The notes below the pieces were generated by a model. It saw nothing but the letters and a program-made list of their open reading frames with translations, was not told where the DNA came from and did not search any database. Shown piece after piece: positions 19,001 to 28,105 of a stretch of DNA of 58,926 bases. Each line of letters starts with the position of its first letter. The stretch's first letter is position 1. The position numbers were made by a program, and so were the translations under genes. Origin of the DNA: Gemmatimonadota bacterium (GTDB lineage Bacteria > Gemmatimonadota > Gemmatimonadetes > Gemmatimonadales > GWC2-71-9); assembly GCA_016199245.1 (NCBI GenBank), contig JACQHC010000046.1:1-58926 (forward strand), written 5' to 3'.

Positions 19001-19072
19001 CGATACTCGATGCTCGATATCCGATGTTCGAGGCCTGGGCCCGAGCATCTGACATCGAACGTCGTTGATATG
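19001..19072. repeat. 7-nt-periodic CGAT-rich palindromic intergenic element, copy A
   Basis: Consecutive heptads cgatact cgatgct cgatatc cgatgtt cgaggcc | tgggccc gagcatc tgacatc gaacgtc. The two halves are imperfect reverse complements. It lies between convergent gene ends. Confidence 0.7.
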
Positions 19073-19079
19073 CCGACTG

Positions 19080-19466
19080 CTATTCCTGGAATTCCCGCCG
19101 GTCAAACCATCCCGACGACCGCGGATCCACGCGCAGAATGCGCAGCCTGGAGCGGGGATTGAGGATCGTCGCGGGCACGACCCAGAGGCGCGCCTCGCCC
19201 AGCACGCCGGCCAGCTCGAAGGGCTGGAGCGAAGCCTCGTTGGCGTCGAGCAGGACTTCCAGCGTGGCGTCTCCCGGCGGCCCGTCGTCCGATTCCAACA
19301 ACCGGTCGGTAAGCCAGACACCCATCGCTTTCACCCGGCGCTCGGTGACGGCGTCGTCCACGGAGAACCCCCACTTCTGGTCCCGAAAGCCCTCCTTAAC
19401 GATCTGGCGGGCCTCGCCGATGGACGTGCGGTGGTACAGCGTGAGAGCGGCCACGGCGATCAACAT
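19080..19466 (-). CDS. Hypothetical 128-aa protein, possibly a minimal ADP-ribosyltransferase-like fold
   Basis: Protein-like composition. The N-terminus LTLYHRTSIGEARQIVKEGFRD resembles the H-motif of H-Y-E ART-fold proteins, and GVWLTD could be a Y-motif-like strand. The family call is tentative. Confidence 0.45.
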   Translation of the reverse strand: MLIAVAALTLYHRTSIGEARQIVKEGFRDQKWGFSVDDAVTERRVKAMGVWLTDRLLESDDGPPGDATLEVLLDANEASLQPFELAGVLGEARLWVVPATILNPRSRLRILRVDPRSSGWFDRREFQE

Positions 19467-19548
19467 ACTTCACGGTGGACGACGCTGGCCAGACCGGCGG
19501 CGACGGCGTAGCGTTCCGGAACAGTTGCCCATCAGCCTGGAGAGCAAG

Positions 19549-20277
19549 ATGTACTCAACGAGCGTCGGACCGTGGTGGGGCGCGCTGGTGGTGGTCGCGC
19601 TCGCGGCCTCGGCCTGCGGCGCGCCGGCACCGGCGTCATCCCAGGTGCGGCACAATGCTCTGACCGACGCGGAACGCGCGGCGGGCTGGCGACTGCTCTT
19701 CGACGGCACGACGACGGCGGGATGGCGGGGCTATCACATGAGCGCGGCGCCGGCTGGTTGGGCGGCCGCCGACGGCGCGCTCACGCGGGTCGGTGGCGGC
19801 GGGGACATCATCACGATGGACCAATTCGCCGACTTCGAGCTCGCGCTCGAATGGAAACTCACGCCTGGCGGCAATAGCGGGATCATGTACCGGGTGACCG
19901 AGGAATACGACGAGAGCTACAAGAGCGGCCCCGAGATGCAGGTGCTCGATGACGCCGCGCATCGCGACGGGCAATCCCGCCTCACGTCTGCCGGCGCGGA
20001 TTATGGACTCTACCCGTCGCCTGCGGGCGTCGTGCGACCGGCCGGCGAGTGGAACCAGGTGCGCATCCTGGTGAACGGGAGCCACGTGGAGTACTGGCTG
20101 AACGGGACGCGGACCGTGGAGTACGAGCTATGGAGTCCCGACTGGGAAGCGCGCGTGAAGGGGAGCAAGTTCGCCGAGTGGCCGACCTTCGCCCGGGCAC
20201 GACGGGGCCATATCGCGCTCCAGGATCACGGGGATTGGGTGGCGTATCGTAACATCAAGATCCGCGAGCTACCCTGA
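19549..20277 (+). CDS. DUF1080 (3-keto-disaccharide hydrolase-like) lipoprotein
   Basis: Lipoprotein-like signal (ALVVVALAASACG). Also WRLLFDGTTTAGWRGY...GGNSGIMYRV...EMQVLDD...NGSHVEYWLNG...GHIALQDHGDWVAYRNIKIREL. The start was trimmed from 19138. Confidence 0.8.
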   Translation: MYSTSVGPWWGALVVVALAASACGAPAPASSQVRHNALTDAERAAGWRLLFDGTTTAGWRGYHMSAAPAGWAAADGALTRVGGGGDIITMDQFADFELALEWKLTPGGNSGIMYRVTEEYDESYKSGPEMQVLDDAAHRDGQSRLTSAGADYGLYPSPAGVVRPAGEWNQVRILVNGSHVEYWLNGTRTVEYELWSPDWEARVKGSKFAEWPTFARARRGHIALQDHGDWVAYRNIKIRELP

Positions 20278-20298
20278 GCCACGACACCGATTTCGGTT

Positions 20299-21423
20299 CT
20301 AGCGCTCCGCCACCATCTGAATCTCGACGAGGAAGTTGCTTCCCATGAGCGGCGTGCCGATGACCGTGGGTTCGGGTCGGCCAGCTGGTAGCGTCTCATC
20401 GAGCACCTTCTTGATGGCCTCCCACTGCCGGATGTCCGTGACGTAAACCCACGTATCCACCACGTTCGTGAAGTCCATGCTCGCCGCCTTGAGCGTGCCG
20501 AGCAGGTTGTCGAGCGTGCTCTTCGTCTGCGCGGCGACGTCCGGGCCCGCGCTCAACATCCCCGACAGGTACAATCGGTCTCCTGTGCTGATGGCGGGCG
20601 AGAGCGGCGCGCGCGAGCGCTGCTGGCCCTCCCCGATCACCACCTTCCGATTCGGTGACGCCTCCGCCACGCACTGGATCTCGACGTCGAACGCGGCGTT
20701 CATGAGACCCGCCCGCACCGTGGCCCGCGCCGGCGGATCCTCGGCCGGAACGAACTCCGCGTAGGCCTGGTTCATTGCGGCGAACCGCCTGGGGTCGTCG
20801 AGATACACGTGGCAGCTCGTGAGGTCCTTGTGGTCCATGCCGGCGGCCTTGAGCACGAGACCGACGTTGCCCAACACACGCCGTGTCTGCGCGGGGACGT
20901 CGCCAAGTACGGGTTCGTAGTTGTCCGGGCTGCGGCTCGTGGCGCCCGAGATGAACAGCGTATTGCCGACCTTGATGCCCCACGAGTAGGGCAGGGCGGG
21001 CGCCGCCAGGTTGGGTGGGGTGATCACCTGCTTTGCCCCGCGCGCGGCGACTGCCGAAACCTGGATCAGCGCGTCGGGATCGGGAAGGTCGACCTCCGCG
21101 GTGGCGCGGGTGGGCAGGTCCGTCTGGAAGTAACGGCGATACACCGTATTCATGTCCGGGAAATGGCGCGCGTCCTTGAGGAACACGTTGACGGTCACAA
21201 CATGCCGGTACTCGAGACCGCGCTGGCGCAGCGCCGCGCCCAATCGGTCCAGCGCCTCGGCGGTCTGATCGCCGATGGTGGTCAGCGCGCGCCCGCCGGC
21301 CGTGGTACCGGTGAGGTTGGAGACGTAGACGAACGGGCGCTCCTGCGCGCGGAGCGGTGGAGCGGTCACCATCAGAGCGAGCAGGGCATGCGTGGTCCAG
21401 CGGACGGCATGGCGGCGTTGCAT
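20299..21423 (-). CDS. Secreted protein with three tandem RidA/YjgF/TdcF-like domains
   Basis: A signal peptide followed by three ~110-aa units, each ending in a RidA-type strand (ALIQVSAVAA / FDVEIQCVAE / FLVEIQMVAER) and containing GNTLFISG / GDRLYLSG-type motifs. Confidence 0.75.
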   Translation of the reverse strand: MQRRHAVRWTTHALLALMVTAPPLRAQERPFVYVSNLTGTTAGGRALTTIGDQTAEALDRLGAALRQRGLEYRHVVTVNVFLKDARHFPDMNTVYRRYFQTDLPTRATAEVDLPDPDALIQVSAVAARGAKQVITPPNLAAPALPYSWGIKVGNTLFISGATSRSPDNYEPVLGDVPAQTRRVLGNVGLVLKAAGMDHKDLTSCHVYLDDPRRFAAMNQAYAEFVPAEDPPARATVRAGLMNAAFDVEIQCVAEASPNRKVVIGEGQQRSRAPLSPAISTGDRLYLSGMLSAGPDVAAQTKSTLDNLLGTLKAASMDFTNVVDTWVYVTDIRQWEAIKKVLDETLPAGRPEPTVIGTPLMGSNFLVEIQMVAER

Positions 21424-21624
21424 ATCACGGTCTCCGCGAGTAACTGCCTGGGGTTGGCCATCGGGCCGCTAAGATAGACCAGCCCGTCAGCCTCGGCGAG
21501 CGTACGTGCACGTCCCTACTCCGGCCATGGAAGTTCTGCGCAAGTCGCGCGGGGCCACGTGGCGCCCGTCCGGTTCCCGGCGTAGTTTCGCGGCTCACCG
21601 CCATCCCGCTCGAGGGCTCCGCTG

Positions 21625-22863
21625 ATGACCCAGTCCGGCGCCGTCCGCACTCGTCTCTCCGTCATGATGTTTTTCCAATACTTCATCTGGGGAGCCTGGT
21701 CGGTCACGATGAGCACGTACCTCGGCCAGACGCTGCGGTTCGAGGGGAGCCAGATCGGGCTGGCCTACGGCACCACGGCCATTGCGGCGATGATCTCCCC
21801 GTTCTTCGTGGGGATGGTCGCGGACCGCTTCTTCGCCACGGAGAGGATCCTGTTCCTGCTGCACGTCGCAGGAGCGGGGATCATGTACACCGTGTCCATG
21901 GTCCGAACATTCGATGCGTTCTACCCGTTGTTGATTGTCTACGCGCTGCTCTACATGCCGACGCTGGCGCTCACCAACTCCATCTCGTTTCACAACGTGC
22001 CGGATCCCGCCAAAGATTTTCCCCGTATTCGGGTGCTCGGCACGATCGGATGGATCGTGGCGGGGCTGTTCATTGGCTGGCTGCGGGTCGAGCCCACGCC
22101 CATGCCGATGCGCCTCGCGAGCGCGGCCTCGCTGATCCTCGGCGTGTATTGCTTGTCGCTGCCGCACACGCCGCCGCGGGCGAAAGGCGGGCCCGTGCGC
22201 GCCCGCGACGTGCTGGGGCTGGATGCGCTCGCCCTGATGAAGGACCGGTCGTTCGCGATCTTCGTGGTCGGCTCGTTCCTGCTCGTGATCCCGCTCCAGT
22301 TCTACTACGCGTTCACCAATCTTTTTCTGAACGAGCTGGGCATGTCGCGCGCCGCGGGCAAGATGACGCTGGGCCAGATGTCCGAGATCGCGTTCATGAT
22401 CCTGTTGCCGTGGTTCCTCGTGCGGCTCGGCGTGAAACGGATCCTGATGATCGGGATGCTTGCGTGGACGGCGCGCTACGTGTTGTTCGCCTGGGGCGAC
22501 CTCGGACCTGGCGTGTGGATGCTGTACGCGGGCATTCTGCTTCATGGTGTGTGTTATGACTTCTTCTTTGTCACCGGGCAGATCTACGTGGACCAGCGGG
22601 CGGGCGTAGCGATCCGCGCCGCGGCTCAAGGGTTCATCGCGTTCGTCACGCTGGGAGTGGGATGGTTCATCGGGTCATGGGCCGCGGGCCAGGTGGTGGA
22701 AGCGTTCCAGATCACGGGCGCGGTCACGGGTGTGATGCACGATTGGCGGTCCATCTGGCTGGTGCCGGCGGTGGGGGCGGGAGCGGTGCTGGTGTTGTTC
22801 GCTGCGGCGTTCCGGCCGGCGGTCGAGGCCGTTCGGCCGGAAGGTGCGGGGGCCGCGGCGTGA
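21625..22863 (+). CDS. MFS nucleoside:H+ symporter family transporter (NupG/XapB-like)
   Basis: [24 protein letters not shown]...[28 protein letters not shown]. About 12 TM segments. Confidence 0.8.
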   Translation: MTQSGAVRTRLSVMMFFQYFIWGAWSVTMSTYLGQTLRFEGSQIGLAYGTTAIAAMISPFFVGMVADRFFATERILFLLHVAGAGIMYTVSMVRTFDAFYPLLIVYALLYMPTLALTNSISFHNVPDPAKDFPRIRVLGTIGWIVAGLFIGWLRVEPTPMPMRLASAASLILGVYCLSLPHTPPRAKGGPVRARDVLGLDALALMKDRSFAIFVVGSFLLVIPLQFYYAFTNLFLNELGMSRAAGKMTLGQMSEIAFMILLPWFLVRLGVKRILMIGMLAWTARYVLFAWGDLGPGVWMLYAGILLHGVCYDFFFVTGQIYVDQRAGVAIRAAAQGFIAFVTLGVGWFIGSWAAGQVVEAFQITGAVTGVMHDWRSIWLVPAVGAGAVLVLFAAAFRPAVEAVRPEGAGAAA

Positions 22864-22961
22864 TGGCGTTGGATAGTGTCGGAAGGCTGCGATAGGATAG
22901 GATCTTGAGACAAGAACCAGTGCTGCCGTTTCCGCGGCAGCCCCTCTCTGGAGATCAGCAT

Positions 22962-24305
22962 ATGTCCCGCAAGCGCATCAATCGCCGATCGTTCGTGACC
23001 GAGTCGGCCAGGGCCGGCCTCGCTGCATTCACCATCGTCCCCCGGCACGTGCTGGGCCGAGGGTACCGGGCGCCGTCCGACACGCTCAACGTCGCGTGCG
23101 TCGGTATAGGCGGAATGGGCTGGAGCGATGTGCGCGGCATGGCCGTCGAGAACATCTACGCGCTGTGCGATGTGGACGAGAAGCAGGGCGAAGACGCGTT
23201 CACCGCCTACCCGAAGGCGAAACGCTACAAGGACTTCCGCCAGATGTTCGAGCGGGACGGCGGCAACATCGACGCCGTCACGGTGACCACGCCGGATCAC
23301 ACGCACACGGTGATCGCGCTGGCGGCGCTCAAGCTGAAAAAGCCGGTTTACGTCCAGAAGCCGCTCACGCGAACGCTGCACGAGGTGCGGGTGCTCGTGG
23401 AGGCCGCGAAGCGGGCCGGCGTGGCGACGCAGATGGGTAATCAGGGGCACGCGCGCGAGGGGACGCGACAGGTGCGGGAGTGGGTCGAGGCGGGCGCCAT
23501 CGGAACGGTGCGCGAGGTGCATTTCTGGACCAACCGCCCCATCTGGCCGCAGGCCATCGACCGGCCGCTTCAGGACTATCACGTCCCTCCGTGGCTTGAC
23601 TGGAACCTGTGGCTCGGCCCGGCCACCGAACGGCCCTATCACCCGTCGTATGCGCCGTTCAACTGGCGCGGCTGGTGGGATTTCGGCACGGGGGCGCTGG
23701 GCGACATGGCGTGTCACATCATGGACGCGGCGTTCTGGGCGCTCGATCTCACGTACCCTAGCCGGATCGACGTCGAGCACACGCCGCTGTTCAAGGAAAC
23801 GGCGCCCAAAGGATCGCGCATTACGTATCATTTCCCGGCGCGCGGCAACCGGGGTCCGGTGACGGTCGTGTGGCGCGACGGAGCCCTGTTCCCGCCTCGG
23901 CCGCCCGAGGTGAGTGACGACGCGGCGTGGCCGCCGGACGACGGGGGCGGACAGCTTTGGATTGGGACGGACGGCAAACTGGTGGCGGGCACGTACGGTG
24001 ACAACCCAACGCTGCTGGACGAGAAACGACACCAGGACATCACCGCGAGCCCACCCGCCGTGAAATACCCCAGGGTCGAAAACGTCTACGCCGAGTTCAT
24101 CGCCGCGGCGAAGGGCGGGCCAAAGACCGGGTCCAACTTCGTGGACCACGCGGGACCGCTCACGGAGATGGTGCTGCTGGGCAACCTGGCGGTGCGGACG
24201 GGACGGAACCTGGAGCTGAATCCGGACACGGGGCAGGTGACGAATGTCCGGATTCCGGAGGAGCTGATCAAGCCGGTGTATCGGGCCGGGTGGAGCCTGG
24301 AATAA
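22962..24305 (+). CDS. Gfo/Idh/MocA-family oxidoreductase with a Tat signal
   Basis: Tat-like N-terminus MSRKRINRRSFVTESARAGLAAF and Rossmann motif VACVGIGGMGWSD. The start was trimmed from 22905 to ATG 22962, which has an upstream GGAG. Confidence 0.85.
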   Translation: MSRKRINRRSFVTESARAGLAAFTIVPRHVLGRGYRAPSDTLNVACVGIGGMGWSDVRGMAVENIYALCDVDEKQGEDAFTAYPKAKRYKDFRQMFERDGGNIDAVTVTTPDHTHTVIALAALKLKKPVYVQKPLTRTLHEVRVLVEAAKRAGVATQMGNQGHAREGTRQVREWVEAGAIGTVREVHFWTNRPIWPQAIDRPLQDYHVPPWLDWNLWLGPATERPYHPSYAPFNWRGWWDFGTGALGDMACHIMDAAFWALDLTYPSRIDVEHTPLFKETAPKGSRITYHFPARGNRGPVTVVWRDGALFPPRPPEVSDDAAWPPDDGGGQLWIGTDGKLVAGTYGDNPTLLDEKRHQDITASPPAVKYPRVENVYAEFIAAAKGGPKTGSNFVDHAGPLTEMVLLGNLAVRTGRNLELNPDTGQVTNVRIPEELIKPVYRAGWSLE

Positions 24306-24332
24306 GAGTGAGTAAGTGGGCGATCGTCGCTT

Positions 24333-24965
24333 CTAACTCACCGTCGCCAGCGCCCCCGCCTCGTGCCATTCCGCGATCACCTGGTCGGTGGTGCGGAATT
24401 GATCCTCGGGCTTGTTGGCGTACCACGCCTTGAAGTACTCGAGCCCGGCCTGGTGGGCCTCCTCCGTGAACGCCTGTAGCGCGTCGGTTACCCAGATCAG
24501 GTCGTAGCCCTTCTGGAACGCGTCGCCGGAGGTGTGGCGCGCGCAGCAGTCGGTATGCAGCCCCGTGATGTACAGCCGCTCGACGCCGAGCTTGTGGAGC
24601 CGGTCGTGGATGTCGCTGCTCTGGAACGGGCTATAGGTCCGCTTTTCGATCACGAGGTCGCCGGGCTCGGGCGTGAGGGCCGGCACGATCTCGGCCCAGC
24701 GCGTGCCCTTCATGGCGTGCGGCGGCCACTTGTGCAGCTCGCAGTCCTGCAGCGTGTGGGCGTCGGTGGCGTAGACGACGGTCACGCCGGCATCGCGCGC
24801 CGCCGTATGCAGGCGTTTGAGCCGCGGGATGATGGATTGCGCGCGCTCCTGGTACGCCGGGCCGCCGGCATCGGCGATCACGCCGCCCGGGTATACGAAG
24901 TCGTTGGCCAGGTCGATGACCACCAGCGCACAGCGTTTGGGCTCGGTGAATGGACGAGTCAGCAT
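24333..24965 (-). CDS. Isochorismatase-family cysteine hydrolase
   Basis: CALVVIDLANDF, VVYATDAH, and the catalytic-Cys region LYITGLHTDCCARHT. The start was trimmed from 25160. Confidence 0.8.
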   Translation of the reverse strand: MLTRPFTEPKRCALVVIDLANDFVYPGGVIADAGGPAYQERAQSIIPRLKRLHTAARDAGVTVVYATDAHTLQDCELHKWPPHAMKGTRWAEIVPALTPEPGDLVIEKRTYSPFQSSDIHDRLHKLGVERLYITGLHTDCCARHTSGDAFQKGYDLIWVTDALQAFTEEAHQAGLEYFKAWYANKPEDQFRTTDQVIAEWHEAGALATVS

Positions 24966-25237
24966 GCTGCCTCCCATTGTTGGAGATCTCCCGGACGGGG
25001 GGCCGATTGGGCAACGCCTTGGCTCACCGGGATGGCGAGCCGCTCCCGCCGGGTGCGCGATCGTCCGCGCCTCTGCGGAGGAGAAGATAGCGCCGGTCCC
25101 GGCGGTGTCGATAGAGCACGGAGACAACCCTGAGTGTCGGCGCGTGCAGCGCGCTGACATACCGCTCGCTGTCGGTGGGGCATTCCTTGCGGACTGCTAC
25201 TCAGCGTCCGACTTTACCACGGGAAAAGGAGGATCCC

Positions 25238-26695
25238 GTGCGCACACAACTGCTCGCCACTCTGCTGCTCAGTGTCGTGACCGCGCCGGTCAGCGCCGCA
25301 CAGGTCACGTCCGCTGGGAACCCGCCGGCCACGCTGGGCGACAGTCTCGCAACCTGGTACGCGCTCGGCATCAACGCGCACCACCTCTGTGCGGGACTGT
25401 GGGTAGTGGGGCGCGACTACCGGCGGACGGCGGACGCCGTCGTTGCCGACGACATCAAGCGGTTTCCCGCGTTTCGCTGGGAGGACGACTTCCGTTTCGC
25501 GGTGGACGAGGCAACGCGCACCGCTACGGTGACCGATCCCCGGGTTGGGAGCCGCAGCGCGAAATACACGGGAGATCAGGGGTGCTCGATCCTCCCCGTC
25601 GGTGCGGCGGATGTGTTCTTCGAGCCTGTCGTGGTGAAGCCCGCGTTACCCGATCCTGCGACGGTAGACTGGCCCATGGGCGATCGCAACGCGAAGGCCG
25701 ACGTCCCGGGCGTGAACCGAGCGGCACTCGAGTCAGCGCTCGATTGGGCGTTCAACGATGCGGGGCTTGCTCGGCCGCAGTACACGCGCGGCGTGGTGGC
25801 GGTCTACGAGGGCAAGATCATCGCGGAGCGCTACGCGCCGGGGTTCGGTTACAACACGCCGCAGATCTCGTGGTCCATGGGGAAGAGCATTGCGGCCACC
25901 CTGACCGGTGTGCTGATTCAGGACGGGGTGTTCACGCTCGATCAGCCCGCGCCGGTGCCGGAGTGGCAGGGTGCCAGGGATCCGCGGCGGGCCGTTCGCA
26001 TCCGGGACCTGCTCAACATGTCGAGCGGCCTCGACTTCGACAATTTCGGGCTGGATCCCAGAAACTCCTACAACGCGGCCAACGAGCACTTCCGGATTTA
26101 CTTCGACGCCATCCACGTCACGTCGCATGCGGTGAACCAGCCGCTGCGTTTCGCGCCCGGCACCCTTCAGCGCTATCGGAATTCGGACCCGCTGACCCTG
26201 GTGTACCTGGCCCGCCGGGCAGTCGAGGCGAAGGGAGAGAACTTCCTCACCTTCCCGCAGCGCCGCCTGTTCGATCGCGTTGGCGCCCGCAGCTTCGTGC
26301 TGGAGACGGACGCGTGGGGCAACTTCATCATCACGGGTTACGACTACGGCAGCTCGCGGGATTGGGCGCGCCTGGGGCTGTTGTATCTCCAGGACGGGGT
26401 GTGGCAGGGCCAGCGGATCCTGCCCGAGCGCTGGGCCGAGTTCGTGTCGACGCCCGCGCCAGGCGACGCTTCGAAGGGCTATGGCGGGCTGTTCTGGCTC
26501 AACAAAGGTGGGGCGATGCGGCGCCTGCCGGCGGACGCCTACTGGGCGGCGGGGTACATGGGCCAGCGCACGATGATCATTCCCTCGCGCGATCTTGTGG
26601 TGGTGCGGCATGGGCCGAGTCCAGGTGGCGACGGGGCGTACATGGAGGAGTTAGTGGTGCGGATTCTGGAGGCGATCGGGCCGGCGAGGCCATAG
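25238..26695 (+). CDS. Serine hydrolase (beta-lactamase/PBP-like family), exported
   Basis: AAGGAGG lies upstream of GTG 25238. Signal peptide VRTQLLATLLLSVVTAPVSAAQ. The SxxK motif is in WSMGKSIAATL. Confidence 0.8.
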   Translation: MRTQLLATLLLSVVTAPVSAAQVTSAGNPPATLGDSLATWYALGINAHHLCAGLWVVGRDYRRTADAVVADDIKRFPAFRWEDDFRFAVDEATRTATVTDPRVGSRSAKYTGDQGCSILPVGAADVFFEPVVVKPALPDPATVDWPMGDRNAKADVPGVNRAALESALDWAFNDAGLARPQYTRGVVAVYEGKIIAERYAPGFGYNTPQISWSMGKSIAATLTGVLIQDGVFTLDQPAPVPEWQGARDPRRAVRIRDLLNMSSGLDFDNFGLDPRNSYNAANEHFRIYFDAIHVTSHAVNQPLRFAPGTLQRYRNSDPLTLVYLARRAVEAKGENFLTFPQRRLFDRVGARSFVLETDAWGNFIITGYDYGSSRDWARLGLLYLQDGVWQGQRILPERWAEFVSTPAPGDASKGYGGLFWLNKGGAMRRLPADAYWAAGYMGQRTMIIPSRDLVVVRHGPSPGGDGAYMEELVVRILEAIGPARP

Positions 26696-26758
26696 GCCGA
26701 TCCTTGAAGTACAGCCCGATTACGCCGAGGGAGCAGGTTCTGCTGATTCTGCGTTGCG

Positions 26759-27103
26759 CTAGCTTTCGAACAGCTCGTGGAGCTCCAACACGAATGGCTC
26801 CCGGGCCGACCGAGGAGTCCAGATCAGTCGCGTCCGCTCGATCACAGGGACGGTGGCGTCCGGCGTCCAAATCTCCACGGGGGCCCACGAGATGTCCGCG
26901 GGAGAGCTCAACACCTCTCCTACTGGATGTCGCCGGAGGTACAGCTCCAGCGCTACCAGGAACCGCTTCATAAGGGTCTGATGCGGGAGCCCCGGGGCGG
27001 GTGTCACCAGCAGCTCCCCGTGGACGACCTCGTAGCGATTGCCGTCGTCGGGAAGGGCCCGCACCATCTCCGCCGTGTAGTAAGTCGGCGCTGCCATGCC
27101 CAT
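26759..27103 (-). CDS. Uma2-family (DUF820) endonuclease-like protein, unusually short and possibly internally deleted
   Basis: The N-terminal signature YTAEMVRALPDDGNRYEVVHGELLVTPAPGLPHQ is typical of Uma2. The protein is only ~115 aa versus ~190 usual, and I do not see the central acidic/lysine catalytic segment. Confidence 0.5.
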   Translation of the reverse strand: MGMAAPTYYTAEMVRALPDDGNRYEVVHGELLVTPAPGLPHQTLMKRFLVALELYLRRHPVGEVLSSPADISWAPVEIWTPDATVPVIERTRLIWTPRSAREPFVLELHELFES

Positions 27104-27322
27104 AAGGTCCGCCCGGCCGTGAGGGATTTGCAAGGGTGCACGGCCGAGGATAGGCAGGGGTCGTCGGCGCGACGGCATCAAGTCAGCGCTTTACGTACCG
27201 AATTGTCGCGGCCGGTGGAGGCCGTAGCCCGGTCACCGCCTCTGTTCACCTGTGAGCCGCGCTAGCTCGGCCCGGACGCGTTGCACTTCCGGCAGCAACT
27301 TGGGTTCAGGGTCGGTCTGCGA

Positions 27323-27703
27323 CTAGGCCGGGCGCTCGACAACCAAACCGGGCACGCCCTTGAAATCATCGAGATTGAGGGTCCAGAGCCGCGCGTCCCA
27401 CACGAGGGCGGTCGCCGCGATGGCGAGATCCACCTCCCGCCCTCGGGTGCGAGGTAGTTCCCGGTAGAGCTCGGCTGCGCGCGCCGCCTCCGCGGGACCG
27501 AAGGCGAGGGCTGACTCCCGGGGGAAAAGTATCTCCTGGTAGGCCAACTCTTCGGGCAGGCGCGGACCGCGGAGCCACTCGTAGAGCACGAGCGCAGGGA
27601 GCTGAACCCGCTCGCCGCGATCGTTCGCCCGCCGCAGCGCGGGGCCTGAGCGTCTGGCGCCTGCGAGGCAGTCGACTAGCGCCGAGGTGTCGAGGAGGAT
27701 CAC
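27323..27703 (-). CDS. vapC: PIN-domain toxin VapC
   Basis: MILLDTSALVD..., LPALVLYEWLRG, DLAIAATALVWDARLWTLNLDDF. A 4-nt overlap links it to the upstream antitoxin. Confidence 0.85.
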   Translation of the reverse strand: MILLDTSALVDCLAGARRSGPALRRANDRGERVQLPALVLYEWLRGPRLPEELAYQEILFPRESALAFGPAEAARAAELYRELPRTRGREVDLAIAATALVWDARLWTLNLDDFKGVPGLVVERPA

Positions 27704-27993
27704 CGATCTTCGGCCGGGGTCCGTCGACCGCCTCCGCGCCGTGCCTGGCGAATTTCTTCGATCTCCCGGTCAACCTCCTCGACCGGTCGCGTCGGGACAC
27801 GAGCGAGCATCTCATCGAGGATCGCCAGCATCCGCAGCCGCTCAGCCTCGCTCAAGCGGCCCGTGCGCGCCGCGTACTCGCGGACCGCTTCGCGGACTAC
27901 ACCGCTCTTGGACATGCCCAGCCGCGCGGCAGTCTGATCAATCCGGGCGGCGGTCTGCTGGTCGAGGGTAAACGTCATCTTGGTGGTAGCCAT
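27700..27993 (-). CDS. vapB: Ribbon-helix-helix (CopG-like) antitoxin VapB
   Basis: MATTKMTFTLDQQTAARIDQTAARLGMSKSGVVREAV. Start ATG 27993, trimmed from the track's 28059. Confidence 0.8.
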   Translation of the reverse strand: MATTKMTFTLDQQTAARIDQTAARLGMSKSGVVREAVREYAARTGRLSEAERLRMLAILDEMLARVPTRPVEEVDREIEEIRQARRGGGRRTPAEDR

Positions 27994-28030
27994 ATATATA
28001 CCATACTGCCATATGTATGGTGCAGCAATG
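27994..28030 (-). promoter_or_regulatory. AT-rich patch with a perfect 7-bp inverted repeat abutting the vapB start (candidate operator/promoter)
   Basis: ACCATAC (28000-28006), an 8-nt spacer, then GTATGGT (28015-28021), plus a TATATAT run directly before the ATG. This is a striking AT island in high-GC DNA. Confidence 0.45.
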
Positions 28031-28105
28031 GCTTCACCACAGCTCCTGTCCCCGCACACCGGCCGACTATCCCATCAAACCGACCCACGCACCAGAAGGT
28101 GCGGA

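Noticed and set aside
21424-21624. Possible riboswitch or leader upstream of the nucleoside transporter (202-nt non-coding region)
   Set aside because: I could not recognise any known riboswitch core (purine, 2'-dG, PRPP, ZTP and others) or a convincing conserved structure by eye. It would need an Rfam/Infernal scan.
22626-24149. 507-aa minus-strand ORF; the same reasoning applies to 21595..22629, 30903..32798, 34285..35586, 39293..40723, 40554..41537, 48650..49636, 53981..54997, 54502..56073 and 56827..58107
   Set aside because: All are antisense or off-frame to genes with strong family signatures. All show the R/A/G/P/H-rich composition of high-GC shadow ORFs.
24817-26973. 718-aa plus-strand ORF
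   Set aside because: It runs off-frame through the serine hydrolase gene and antisense to the isochorismatase gene. It is an extremely R/G/A/P-rich low-complexity translation with no motifs, so it is a shadow ORF.
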